A stretch of 63,854 bases of DNA, the filler included, from Basidiobolus meristosporus CBS 931.73 (Eukaryota > Fungi > Basidiobolomycota): assembly GCA_002104905.1 (NCBI GenBank). It is 3 parts of 3 records of this genome, joined end to end, with 100 filler letters (N's around TTAATTAATTAA, not from the genome) between each part and the next. Parts side by side here need not be neighbours in the genome. Positions count along the whole stretch, not along the records: positions 1 to 17,266 come from MCFE01001097.1; 2 more parts are not named here. One strand, given 5' to 3'. Position 1 is the first letter of the stretch. Each line of letters starts with the position of its first letter. Position numbers and translations under genes: made by a program. Positions 1-11,342 of this stretch are shown here, one piece after another. The notes beneath the pieces were generated by a model. The model was not told the origin of the DNA, searched no databases, and saw only the letters and a program-made list of their open reading frames with translations.

Positions 1-143
1 AATACTGAATCTTACCATCTACGATCACCTTTCTGCCTCCGGCTGATGACCAAGTATGGTTACAAGCCAAATAATCGAACTACTTGAACGGGATTTTTAC
101 CAGATTTGCATGTCCCAGCAAAAACCACTTATACACACGAAGA

Positions 144-150
144 TATAAAT
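144..150 (+). promoter_or_regulatory. TATA box (TATAAAT) of copy 1
   Basis: TATAAAT starts 56 nt before the ATG at 200; same spacing in copies 3 and 4. Confidence 0.65.
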
Positions 151-199
151 ACAGACATTTGTAAGTAACAATCATCACAACCCACTTCAAGTCAATACA

Positions 200-783
200 A
201 TGCAACTCACCAAGTCTCTCTTTGCTGCTCTGGCTGCCGCTACTTCCTTCATGGGTGCTGCTACCGCTGCGCCTGTTGACAGCTGCAACGTCCTCACACC
301 AGCTCAACAAAGCCAGATCGGACTTAATGCCTGCTCACCATCCGAAGTTACTGTACAATCGGTGCCTGAACAGATTACCGAATACCTGAACAAGACCCCC
401 TACACTGTTGGTGTCTCCGACTTCATTACCGGTGCCAACTTGATTGGCTGCAAGAAGGAGGCAGTAGCCTCACTGACCTGTACGAAGCCTCGTACAACTA
501 CTACAACTACAACCAGTGCTACAACTTCGAGACAGCCACCGATATGCAGGTCTACATCACCTATGGACAGTCGGACGAGGCCGGACTCTACTGCTACTAC
601 AGCAACTGGAACTGCTATGGCGAGGAGGTGTGCATCAAGAACAATGGCAACACCATTGTTCCAGTATCTGACGATGTCCGCAAGACCGGAATCAAGAGCA
701 CGATGCTGAAGAAGTTCCATGACAGTATCAATGATGCTGTATCCGACGAGGCGCCCGAGAATGCCATCTCATGGGTGTATTAG
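200..783 (+). pseudogene. Secreted Cys/Tyr/Asn-rich protein family, copy 1, with a 1-nt frameshift
   Basis: ORF 200-709 matches copies 3/4 up to ...NLIG; ORF 544-783 supplies the matching C-terminus (MQVY...AISWVY*). Copy 1 reads GGCTGCAA at ~446-453 where copies 3/4 read GGCTTGCAA, so one T is missing. Could be a real pseudogene or a sequencing indel. Confidence 0.8.
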
Positions 784-2917
784 ATATTGCTCGGGAGTGC
801 TTCGTACACTTATTGTAAATGACATGATAGAAATAAAGTATTTGCATAGAAATGAAAGTCAGTATTTCCGCTATACCTTCGTGCATTAATGAGCAAGTAG
901 AGGACATTTTTGTCCACATCCGAGTTTATGTTGTTCAAAGGATGAATATGACCAAGTATCTATCACAGAATTATGGAGTTTCGCTCCAGAAAATGCTAAT
1001 TGAAAATGACGATCAGGCATTATTTCCACTGGCGGATTTGAATATATTCGCTTGAGACAATCTGCATATTCGGCACTCAAAATCATCGAATTTGCTCAGG
1101 CTATATCGATGATGTAACCAGGACTAAATAAAGTATTAAGGGAGCAGACGAACATTATTGGGCGGAGTCGGTAGGATTTAAATTCTCTCAGCGAAACCCA
1201 TCAGTCTTAGTGTGATCATTTTGCCGTTTGATACAACATTGTTAAGTTAAAGGCTTTGCCCCCACTTGATTGAAATGAGAAATATTAGGAATCTTCGAGC
1301 ATGTTCTGTTTGCGTTTTCATCTATGTACACCTGCCAAAGGGTTTGATACTCGCAATAGTGCACAATATTATTACTATCGAGCTCCCGATGAGAATCAGT
1401 TTTTTCTGTGATAGGTCTATTGGTTGTTAAATGCCTAATCAGGCCCTTTTTTATCCACCTGTAAGCATGGAGTGTCGCTTATCTTGTACAAAATTGATAT
1501 TTATTAACCACACCTCCTTCTTTCTCATGGGTCTACTAACTTCCTGGAGAGTGTTGATAGAAAACTGTGCAGCGGCACCTATCTATCGGACGTGCATGTG
1601 GCTTACTGCGATTCTCGGACTATATCTTGGTGAATTTGGGTGTACAACACTAATGGATTCAACATTTGATTAATAGCTGAAGATTTGGAGATCTATATAG
1701 CAGAATATACTTCCAATTTTTTGAACAAAGCCCCTTATATTTTCCGCTTCACCTGATTCTAAGCATATTCTATCTTACAGGACGGAAGCACGAGTGTATT
1801 ATGATCATCCAAAAATTCCCACAATGGTAATCCGCCTCTAGATTCCATAATCCAAAGACATCAACGAATTAATATAAAACGCATAGATACGTTGTCGCTA
1901 CAAAGATAAGCCAATCTAGTGAAGTTGAGAAACCAACCAGTTACATAATCTTAAGTATCCGGGTTTACGGTTCCGGAAAATCCAATTGATATTCCTTTTC
2001 CAGGATCGCGCCATCCATTTATGCTTGAAGAAAATCTCGGCATAGTATAAAATTTCGGGGAAGCCTACCAGGAGGCAGGTCCCACGGTTGACTTCCAAAA
2101 GCCTCACAAAACTGATTTAGACATTCAGATAGATGGTAATGAGAATACTCAGACTCTGTAAGCGACATCTAACAACCATTTCAGGCGATTATAGATTATT
2201 CCGGTAACCATAGCGCTCGAATAAAGTAGTGTGAGGATATTGCATATTGGGAAATGTGAGCTAGCTATCACTCACCCTCCACACTGGCTTTCGGAAAATC
2301 ACAGGACTGCCCGCATGCATTGTTAATCTAGACATCTAAAAATATGCCGACCGTTTTCGGACTGGAAGCGAGTGCAGGTAGTCCAGATACCCGAACTGAA
2401 CCATTAGAGCGTTGGGTTAGTTTATAAGTTCTGCCATAATGCAGCATGTCGAAAATACTGGAAGTAAGATTTCAACCGAGTCTAGAACATGGAATAAGAC
2501 AAACTTTGTTTATCAGGCCTCATCTTTATTACAAGTTACCATATAGAGCTACTACAATTTTCCAGGTTACGAACCGCATTGCATGCGGAAGTAGGGTCAT
2601 TGGGGGTATTGAGTGCATGCCGAAATCATATGGAGACCCAGCTGGCTGATGAAGCTGTTTCTCTAGCTTCAGTCGGGAGTATCTTCAACTTGATTTTAGT
2701 AATGAGCTGTTCAAGATGACGTAGAATAGGTTATTGACTCGATGATAATACTGAATGTCACAAAACGCAACCAGATATACTAAATCCAGATCAAGCAATT
2801 ATAACAATCGGGGAAAATACATATAATAGATATTATTCCCTGTTATTTACCATGAGATATGTTACGTAATATTCAATGATTGAAGATCATCAGTGGTAAC
2901 TTTGAGGGGCGCCTATA

Positions 2918-3085
2918 TATGGCGAGGAGGTGTGCATCAAGAACAATGGCAACACCATTGTTCCGGTATCTGACGATGTCCGGAAGACAGGAATCAAGAG
3001 CACAATGCTGAAGAGGTTCCATGACAGTATTGATACTGATGTACCTGACGAGGCACCCAAGAATGCCATCTCATGGGTGTATTAG
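2918..3085 (+). pseudogene. 3' fragment (copy 2) of the secreted protein family
   Basis: TATGGCGAGGAGGTG...TGGGTGTATTAG is essentially identical to the last ~55 codons of copies 3/4; there is no 5' part. Confidence 0.85.
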
Positions 3086-4367
3086 ATATTGTCCGAGTGT
3101 GTTTTGTACACTCATTGTAAATGATATAACAGAAATAAACCCGCTGAATAAAATCTAAGTTTGAGGTCTCCATAGCATCAATTATGTGCATCATTACATG
3201 CGATCAGACGTAAACTCACATTCACGTTCGAGTTCACGCTGATTGAAAAGGATCGATGTTGTGCGAATACCTGTCAATACAGTAAACAATATCTGATCCA
3301 AAAGATCCTAATTGAAACCGATTTTCAGTTAACATTTGGGGGTAGAGCTGAACCAGAATAGGGGTACGGTTTTATCCACATCCGAGTTCTCGTTGGTTGG
3401 AAAGGAGTGTGATTATCCGAATCCGTATTCCAGAATTGCGGAATTCCTGTTCGGGAGACTGTTAGTTGTGTATGACAATCAGACAGCACTTCCTATTTTG
3501 GCTTAGATATTGCGCATTTGGAGGGAAATCCTCAAATTTGGCACTCAAAATCACCAGTGTATGTGCAAAAAATAGGCCAAGTCGAAGAATTGGTTGAATG
3601 GTACGAGCACCCATTCAAGTTGGTCTGCAGAAGTTCTCAAGCTACTATAAACGAATGTTGAATAATTGAAATAATATCAAAATTTCGGACGGTATTTCCA
3701 TGCTTGAGTACAATTATTTTGGAAAAATATATATGAGATGTCTGGAAGTAGTTCTGTGATTATCTGGAAAATATTCCTCTCATGTTGGAGGTATGTGATT
3801 GAATATAGATTAGACTATTTTGGATTCCTCTGGCCTCCCGTAGTCGCCATAAATGAATAGAAATGGGCAAATAGCTTGGCACAAAACACCGCCATTTTTA
3901 GTAACGAGCAGGCATTGAGCCTTCTTTATCCCCCCAAAATGTCCTAGGCAATAGCCGCGCTTAATTCTTTCTTATGGAGCCAATAATTTTCGAGAGGGTA
4001 CTGATATTGAAAAAGTCTGATTCTGTGGGTTGGAGTTTCGGCAAATGTTCTAGTAGTTTCGCTTCCACTCCAACTTTCAGCAGGAGAGTCTCGCTGATAG
4101 TCAAAATAATGATATTTTCGAAGCTGGTGCTTGTAGTATTGACGTGGTAAGCATGTTATGAGAAGTACAGGGATAAATCCAACAATACGAAATTTCAAGT
4201 AAATATTGATTATAATCAGATGCCTGGAATAGTGCCTATATCTGCGATCACTTCTTTGCCTTCTACTGATTACCAAGTATAGCTATTCATCTGTATATAG
4301 AAGTTACTTCACACGAATAGTTACGGATTTGCGCACCCTAGTAGGCTAAGTGAGCCATACATAAAGA

Positions 4368-4374
4368 TATAAAT
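4368..4374 (+). promoter_or_regulatory. TATA box (TATAAAT) of copy 3
   Basis: 56 nt upstream of the ATG at 4424. Confidence 0.65.
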
Positions 4375-4423
4375 ACCGACTTTTGTACATAACAATCATC
4401 ACGGTCTACTTCAAGATAATATA

Positions 4424-5008
4424 ATGCAACTCTCAAGGTCTCTCTTCGCTGCTCTGGCTGCCGCTACTTCCTTTATGAGCGCTGCTACCGCTGCGCCTGT
4501 TGACAGCTGCAACGTCCTTACACCAGTTCAACAAAGCCAGATCGGACTCAATGCCTGCTCACCATCCGAAGTTACTGTCCAATCCGTGCCTGAACTGATC
4601 ACCGAATACCTCGACAAGACCCCCTACACTGTTGGCGCATCTGATTCCATCACCAACGCCAACCTGATTGGCTTGCAAGAAGGAAGCACCAGCCTTACCG
4701 GCCTGTACGAAGCCTCGTACAACTACTACAACTACAACCAGTGCTACAACTTCGAGACAGCCACCGATATGCAGGTCTACCTCACCTTTGGACAGTCGGA
4801 TGAGGCCGGACTCTACTGCTACTACAGCAACTGGGGCTGCTATGGCGAGGAGGTGTGCATCAAGAACAATGGCAACACCATTGTTCCGGTATCTGACGAT
4901 GTCCGGAAGACAGGAATCAAGAGCACAATGCTGAAGAGGTTCCATGACAGTATTGATACTGATGTACCTGATGAGGCACCCAAGAATGCCATCTCATGGG
5001 TGTATTAG
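4424..5008 (+). CDS. Secreted protein of unknown function, 194 aa, copy 3
   Basis: Intact intronless ORF. Signal-peptide-like N-terminus MQLSRSLFAALAAATSFMSAATA|APVD; 6 Cys; YNYYNYNQCYNF segment; C-ending codon bias. Confidence 0.9.
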   Translation: MQLSRSLFAALAAATSFMSAATAAPVDSCNVLTPVQQSQIGLNACSPSEVTVQSVPELITEYLDKTPYTVGASDSITNANLIGLQEGSTSLTGLYEASYNYYNYNQCYNFETATDMQVYLTFGQSDEAGLYCYYSNWGCYGEEVCIKNNGNTIVPVSDDVRKTGIKSTMLKRFHDSIDTDVPDEAPKNAISWVY

Positions 5009-6934
5009 ATATTGCTCGGGAGTGCTTCATACACTCATTGTAAATGACATAGTAGAATAAAGTAATTGAGTAGAAATGAAAGTTAATATTACTGCACATT
5101 TTTGGTAATGGAATGGAGCCTATGGTTATTAGGAGTCTTGACAATTGTAGGGGCAGGTTGTGTAATGCGTAATATAGTAGACAACATATACTCAGCACCT
5201 TGAGTTGTGCGAAGTTAGAGAATGCTGAAAAGTACTTGTGGAATCATTTCTGAAGCATCTCACACATACCACCAGTCAGTATAGTAATAGATTGTGACAC
5301 TCATATGTTTTGTATACCCCTATAGTAGCCCGGTATCGATAAAGATGGTAATGTAGCTTGGCAGGAATCCCTACTCTGATCATCAGGATCTGAATACACA
5401 CGCTACCTAGTTCCTCTAGTAGGCTACTGAAAGGGTTTGATATACCGAATGTTGCAACATCAAGACAATTCTAGACGCACACATATCCTTGTAAAGCTTA
5501 CCTGGTTAATGTCCACACATCCCTCCTTCGTATCTCACTACTATTTTGCCTCGCTTAAACTTCTAAGCGAGTTTCGAAATGCGGTCGAATGGGAATTACC
5601 AAATAATCTTTTACTTTATTACTGATTTTTTAAAGTTCTATGAGTGGGACTTGTGAGAAGGGTCTAGCACGTTCAATATTGTGTTATCTTCTAGCAAACC
5701 CTAAGATTCTCAAAGGATATCGACGCACTATCAGAATGCGTGATTATATATTGTGGAATACACTTGAGCTTAATATTAGCATTTTCTTACATGCTACTCT
5801 GACAATTAAGCCTTCATCCATATAATTCTCAAAAGCTTTCTTCTCTTCTATGCCAATTGAAAATCCTGCGATGAGGATGTGTGTATTATACAGAATAGAG
5901 ATACGGGTATATTCGACTTGAATGAAAGATTTTCCGAAAAGCAGCATCGCAGGAGTTCCCAACGCTTTGATAATAGAAAGAAATGCGTTGAGCAGTACAT
6001 GTGCAAATATGTTTATTAAAGTAATACTCAGCCTAATGGGTCGCGAACAGAATGGACTCCTTTATCTTATCGGAATTTGAATTGCATCAAAAGGAGGGCC
6101 GATAATCTGACTCACGGCCTCGGATCTGTAGACCCAGAAAGCCGAATAGTAATCGCCTCGATCGGTGGCTAGCCTTCGACCTGCTCGAAGAATATTTCAA
6201 CATTTCACGTATGATTTCAGTGATGCTTACTAGGAGGTGGGATTCGCCTCTGGAAGCCACCAACATTTTTTAGGATATTTAATTACAAGACAGCGGGAAC
6301 GAATCGGGTGTTTAGACTAACTTTATATACCACCATTGATATGCATATTTGGATGAAGCATCACAAGCACATTTCACACCTAGAGAACGGATAATTGGCT
6401 AATCTAACCAGTCATGTATTGCATATTTTCCAAATGCTAAATTATTTAGCGTTACATACTTGATTTGCGCCTCAACATTAAAATCAATGGAAAATCACAA
6501 GCCATTTTAGATTAACCATTTGGACATAGATAGATGTTTCCAGCGCGTGGTTGACAGTTCCCGAGCACTTATTATAATTTTTGGTTCCATAAGAATTCTG
6601 CGAAACTTTGAGCGCTAGGTTTGTTGATGGTATTCCAAAAACTGATTGCAGGATTTCAATGTAGTCCAGAACCATGGAATAGGTACAAACTGTTGCCCCG
6701 TAGAGAATCTCACTCCTATGCTTAATCTGTAAATCGAGCCACTTCAATCGGTACCAAGTATTCTACTGAATATTTAGCTATTGTAATTTATTATCCGTAG
6801 CCTTGGTAGTGGTCATTTACCTCTCATTCGTTACCAAGCGTAATTCTTGGTCAGTTATTAGGTGTTATTTGAACACGCCATTTCTAGGATTTGCTTCTCA
6901 TAATATATACTATCAGATAAGGTACACGCAAACA

Positions 6935-6941
6935 TATAAAT
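6935..6941 (+). promoter_or_regulatory. TATA box (TATAAAT) of copy 4
   Basis: 56 nt upstream of the ATG at 6991, although the leader sequence has diverged. Confidence 0.65.
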
Positions 6942-6990
6942 ATCACCTCTCATTCAAATAATTCAACCCAACCTACCTCCAACTGACGAT

Positions 6991-7575
6991 ATGCAAATCT
7001 CCAAGTCTCTCTTCGCTGCTTTGGCTACCGCTACCTCCCTCTTGGGTTTTGCGACTGGTGCTCCGGTTGATTGTTGCGACGGTCTTACACAAGAACAACA
7101 GAGTCAAATTGGGCTAAATGCTTGTTCATCATCCGATGTTGTAATTCAGTCTGTGCCTGAACTGATCACCGAATACCTCGACAAGACCCCCTACACTGTT
7201 GGTTCCTCCGATTCCATTACCAATGCTAACTTGATTGGCTTGCAAGAAGGAAGCACCAGCCTCACCGGCCTGTACGAAGCCTCGTACAACTACTACAACT
7301 ACAACCAGTGCTACAACTTCGAGACAGCCACCGATATGCAGGTCTACCTCACCTTTGGACAGTCGGATGAGGCCGGACTCTACTGCTATTACAGCAACTG
7401 GGGCTGCTATGGCGAGGAGGTGTGCATCAAGAACAATGGCAACACCATTGTTCCGGTATCTGACGATGTCCGGAAGACAGGAATCAAGAGCACAATGCTG
7501 AAGAGGTTCCATGACAGTATTGATACTGATGTACCTGACGAGGCACCCAAGAATGCCATCTCATGGGTGTATTAG
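6991..7575 (+). CDS. Secreted protein of unknown function, 194 aa, copy 4 (divergent N-terminus)
   Basis: Intact ORF. First ~53 aa diverge from copy 3; from QSVPELITEY onward it is almost identical. Confidence 0.9.
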   Translation: MQISKSLFAALATATSLLGFATGAPVDCCDGLTQEQQSQIGLNACSSSDVVIQSVPELITEYLDKTPYTVGSSDSITNANLIGLQEGSTSLTGLYEASYNYYNYNQCYNFETATDMQVYLTFGQSDEAGLYCYYSNWGCYGEEVCIKNNGNTIVPVSDDVRKTGIKSTMLKRFHDSIDTDVPDEAPKNAISWVY

Positions 7576-8064
7576 ATATTGCTCGGGAGTGCTTCATACA
7601 CTCATTGTAAAGGTCGCAATTGTCATTATTCAAATGTATTTCTTATTGTAACTGTATAGAATAAAATTAAATCATACTGTTATTAAGTATCAACTTGCCT
7701 TTCTCTACCCGGGTGAATCCTTGCTTCCCCTTCAAACGGACGTGACCTTACAAATACACTAAAGCTCAACTAGCCCTAAGCATAACTAATACAACAAGTA
7801 GATGGATGTTGTATTGCTGTAGTATCATTTACAAGGACAAAACAGTCAGCCAGACGCTTTAGTGGCGTAGCACCATTTACAGGATGAAACATTTGTGCAT
7901 CACGATCCAACCTTTTTGGCTGACAGGGTAAGTACAGGAACGTAGCGATTGATACCTCTCTGATAAAGATGGATGTCACAGACGTCTCTAGCGGTATGGT
8001 ACTTTACGCAAGCAATATCTTTGCTGGGGTCAAGATCCACCTTAGTAATGTACATTTAGAATTG

Positions 8065-8261
8065 GGTGGGGGGAGAGAGTCACCAACAGATGAAATCTCT
8101 ATCTTAGTCAAAAAAAAAGAGGCCATCGTTACTGCTGTAGCTCTGATACACAAGTGTATAGCTGAGGGGAGTTGGTAGGCAGGTTATTAAGAAGAAATGA
8201 TAACCATTCAGTGCTCAAGACAAGAGTCAGTAGGATGATGGGTAGCAAGAGTGGTAAGAAC
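8065..8261 (-). mobile_element. Degenerate 3' end of the telomeric LINE family
   Basis: GGGTGGGGGGAGAGAGTCACCAACAGATGAAATCTCTAT...AAAGAGGCCATCGTTACTGCTGTAGCTCTGATAC...CAGTGCTCAAGAC aligns with 11281-11470, with many substitutions. Confidence 0.8.
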
Positions 8262-8592
8262 TGTTGTAAAAACCTTAGTGATATCTCATGTGATTGGGAA
8301 AAGTAGATTTTGCAATTTCCACTTGATGATTTATTGAATGTGAATTAGAATTACACTTTTACATGGTCTTGCCAAAACAAACATGTAGAATGTGCTTAGA
8401 AAGGCCCCAAGAGCATGTGTGCAAAGCCCAGGGCTATTTAGACAGCTTTAAGAAACTTCACATCCTGTGTACCTGATATCTTGGTGAAAATATTCTAAAT
8501 AGATCCTGACAATGAACTAGGACAGAATTCTCTGAGAACTGTAGACTATGATCTAGGTGACTAAGCTAGGTGAGTGCTTTGGTATAATAACA
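8262..8592 (-). mobile_element. Diverged solo LTR of copia family A
   Basis: TG...CA ends; its reverse complement aligns along its length with LTRs 20665-21013 and 24998-25347. No clean TSD. Confidence 0.75.
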
Positions 8593-9551
8593 AAACCCAA
8601 AACACTCACACAACTAAATATTCACATTGATTAGTCATTAGAGTTGTTGTGCATCAACATTTAAAACTTAGCCAATTTTACTCCGTTTGAAAATCTAGTA
8701 CCCTAACTGATTTTCCCTAACCCAAACATAACAAATCCCAGTTACAGTTTATTTTATCCCACCTCAGAATCTATTTTTAGCTATCACACCTGATCTATTT
8801 TCAAATGGTCATTACGTTATCAACCTATCTGCCAGGCCTTCCCAGGTGATTAGTCATCTGAGATCTATCCAACCATGGTGCAGTTGCCAAGACATCAGTT
8901 GATTGATGATGTAATTCTCATTTATCTTATGCACCTATGAACACCCAAATTGATTTCAATCAATCCAGTCCCTTGGCGCTTACTAATTCAACTTGATCAG
9001 AAAAGTATAAATAAAGTTTACTGAACCTTTTGGTTTAGTGTGTGTCTCAACGAAATTAAGATTCTGTCTCAGCAAAAATAAGAATCCAACAGTTCCGTTC
9101 TAGTTTCTATCCAAGCCTAGTATATCTAGCACTCCAAAGAACACCAAGCCTAGCCTGCCTAGCAAACAAATATCATTGTCTTTATAGCCAACCCAGCTAT
9201 ATCCAAGACCAATATTAGATCAGAATCTTTCTGCTAATATTTCCGCCACTCTCTGACAATTCTAAGATTCTGCACTTAATTGTCCCTTTGGTTCAGTTAA
9301 ACCATTCAAGAAGTTTTATTACACTTTCTCTTGGATACAACAAGAGTGATCTAAGATACTCAAATTTGTCTCTTGCCAAGCCCCTAAGGCTTGGTGAATA
9401 TGTCCGCAATCAGTTCATATGTGAGACTGTAAGCTAAGTTGACCAAGTTGATCTCTATATACTTCCATATGAAAATTAAATGTAATGAATATATCAAGGG
9501 CCATCACAGGATTTAAATCCCATGACTAAGAGGAATTAATGCCATTGGTAC

Positions 9552-10070
9552 TGTTGAAAAAATTTTTAATTCCACCTAAATATTCACCTAACTAAGTCAC
9601 TTAGATCATTACCTTCAAATCCTGTAGAATACTGACCAAATTCCTTGTCTGGATTTACTTGGAATATTTTCACCAAAATACCAGCCACCCAGAACATGAG
9701 AAATTCTCAAAGCTGTCCCAACAGCCCCAAGCTTTGCACACATGTTCTTGGGACCTTCCTTAACCTATTCTGCATGTTTGTTATGCCAAGACCATGTAAA
9801 AGTATAAATACTACTTTTACATTGAATAAATCATTAAGTGAAAACCACATAATCTACATGTCCTCCCAATCACTTCCAATATGTCCAAGACTCTTACAAC
9901 AGGTTTTGAGCCCCAAGCTGTCACTCTCTTCAATGTCTACTACTGCTACTACTGGAATTTTTCCCTCTGCTGAAAAGTTGGATGGATCTCATTACCAAGT
10001 GTGGAAGGTGAAGATGAAGATGCTGCTACAAGAAAGAGGCCTTTGGGTTACTGTCATGGGCGAAGAATGC
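9552..10070 (+). mobile_element. Copia family A 5' LTR (9552-9901), PBS and gag start, truncated by telomere addition
   Basis: LTR TGTTGAAAA...CTTACAACA; copia-type PBS GGTTTTGAGCCCC; gag GIFPSAEKLDGSHYQVWKVKMKMLLQERGLW..MGEEC, matching 21050-21180; then abruptly TTAGGG. Confidence 0.9.
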
Positions 10071-10082
10071 TTAGGGCTAGGG
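10071..10082 (+). repeat. Interstitial telomeric seed TTAGGG CTAGGG
   Basis: Directly at the copia breakpoint. Confidence 0.8.
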
Positions 10083-10100
10083 TAGGGGGAGACAGTCACT

Positions 10101-11277
10101 TAGGGGGGGGGAGACAGTCACCAACAGGTGAAATCTTTATTTCAGTTGAAACAAAGAAGCCAGCGTTACTGTTGTAGCTTTGATACAAGAGTGTGTAGCT
10201 GAGGGGAATTTGTAGGTAAGTTAATAAGAAGTGATGATAGTTCTTCAGTGCTCAAGACACTGTTCAGTGGGAAGGGGGGTAGCAAGAGAGGTAAGAATGA
10301 CTTGTGAACAACATTAATGAGGGGAATGTGATAAGGATTGATATTCATCATAAAGGGAGTGTGCTGCTGCAGATATTGCTGCCAAAGGTTTGTCAAGTAC
10401 TTCAGGTAGGCCAGCTTGGGTTTTTCTGACTGCAGAATATAGTGAGCAAACTTCTTGACTTCAGGATCTCCAAGTATAGTTCTCCAGCAGGAGCCAGGTG
10501 TAGTGTGGTGTGTTCTCTTCCAGGCCTTAATCAGTGGGTTGTTGCAGTTGTGAAGTCTGAGGTATAATCTGGTTCTAAGGTAGAGAAGTCTGATCTTATA
10601 GGGCATAAACCCAAAAGCACCAAGAATAGCATGTCCGTAGGGGCATTCAGGCAAATGAGGCACCAAGGAGGTAATGCACCATACTGCAAACTTGTCAAGC
10701 TTAGTGCAGTCTCTAGAAGTAAGAGAGAGAAGTGGTAAGCCAAATTCCAGGACAGGGAAGACAAACTGCTTGAGTAGAAGGAGGCAGCTGGGAGCTGAAG
10801 TAGTAGGAGGAGTAACAACCAGTAGCTTGTGGAGTGCCTGTCTTGCCAGGATAATTCTCTTCTTCAGGTGCGCTCCAGAGTCTAGTCCAGTAGGAAGGAA
10901 AGGAAAGCCAAGATATGTAGCAGAAACCTGAGCAGGTAGAGTGGAGTTCTCCAAGTTGATGGGAGAGCCCAAAGGTACTGTCTTTGCAATGGAAAGCTGG
11001 AGATTATTCTTCTGCAGATACTGGTGGATGGTCTGGGAGTCTTGTTGCACATTGGAGGAGGATATTCTGATGTCATCAGCAAAGAGAGTAACCAGGCAGT
11101 CAGCTGGGAGTCTTGGGAAATCATTCAGGAAGATGGCAAACAGTATAGGACCAAGCACAGAGCCTTGAACCACTCCATTAGGAACTGTGAACACAGCTGA
11201 TTGCTCACCTGGGTGCAGAATTCTTGCTTGTGGATCCAGAAACAGAGACCTGACAAGGAGGGTGAGAGAGGTACTGG
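10101..11277 (-). mobile_element. 5'-truncated copy (A) of telomeric LINE, RT C-terminal part
   Basis: ORF 10166-11194 (GVVQGSVLGPILF, FADD) is nearly identical to the end of ORF 11343-14096. Homology stops at GTACTGG (11277), followed by GTTAGGG. Confidence 0.93.
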
Positions 11278-11342
11278 GTTAGGGGGGGAGACAGTCACCA
11301 ACAGGTGAAATCTTTATTTCAGTTGAAACAAAGAAGCCAGCG

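Noticed and set aside
860-4350. Short ORFs in the spacers between secreted-gene copies
   Set aside because: No codon bias or motifs; spacers share only patchy homology from old tandem duplication.
4668-4934. Thr-rich mucin-like ORFs (RTTTTTTTSATTSR; also 7235-7501 and the tail of 200-709) and antisense ORFs
   Set aside because: Alternative frames of the TAC/AAC-rich secreted gene.
4424-5008. Resemblance of the secreted protein to Cyt/volvatoxin-like toxins
   Set aside because: Only a faint Y/N-rich beta-strand likeness by eye; not supportable without a profile or structure search.
9485-9550. Degenerate B-box-like GGATTTAAATCC, possibly an older SINE or tRNA head
   Set aside because: Two mismatches to the B-box, no convincing A-box, and no shared 3' module found for it.
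10111-10140. Hammerhead ribozyme (stem-loop followed by GAAA), as in Penelope-like telomeric elements
   Set aside because: No CUGANGA core precedes the stem, and the RT is LINE-type with an APE domain, not Penelope-like.
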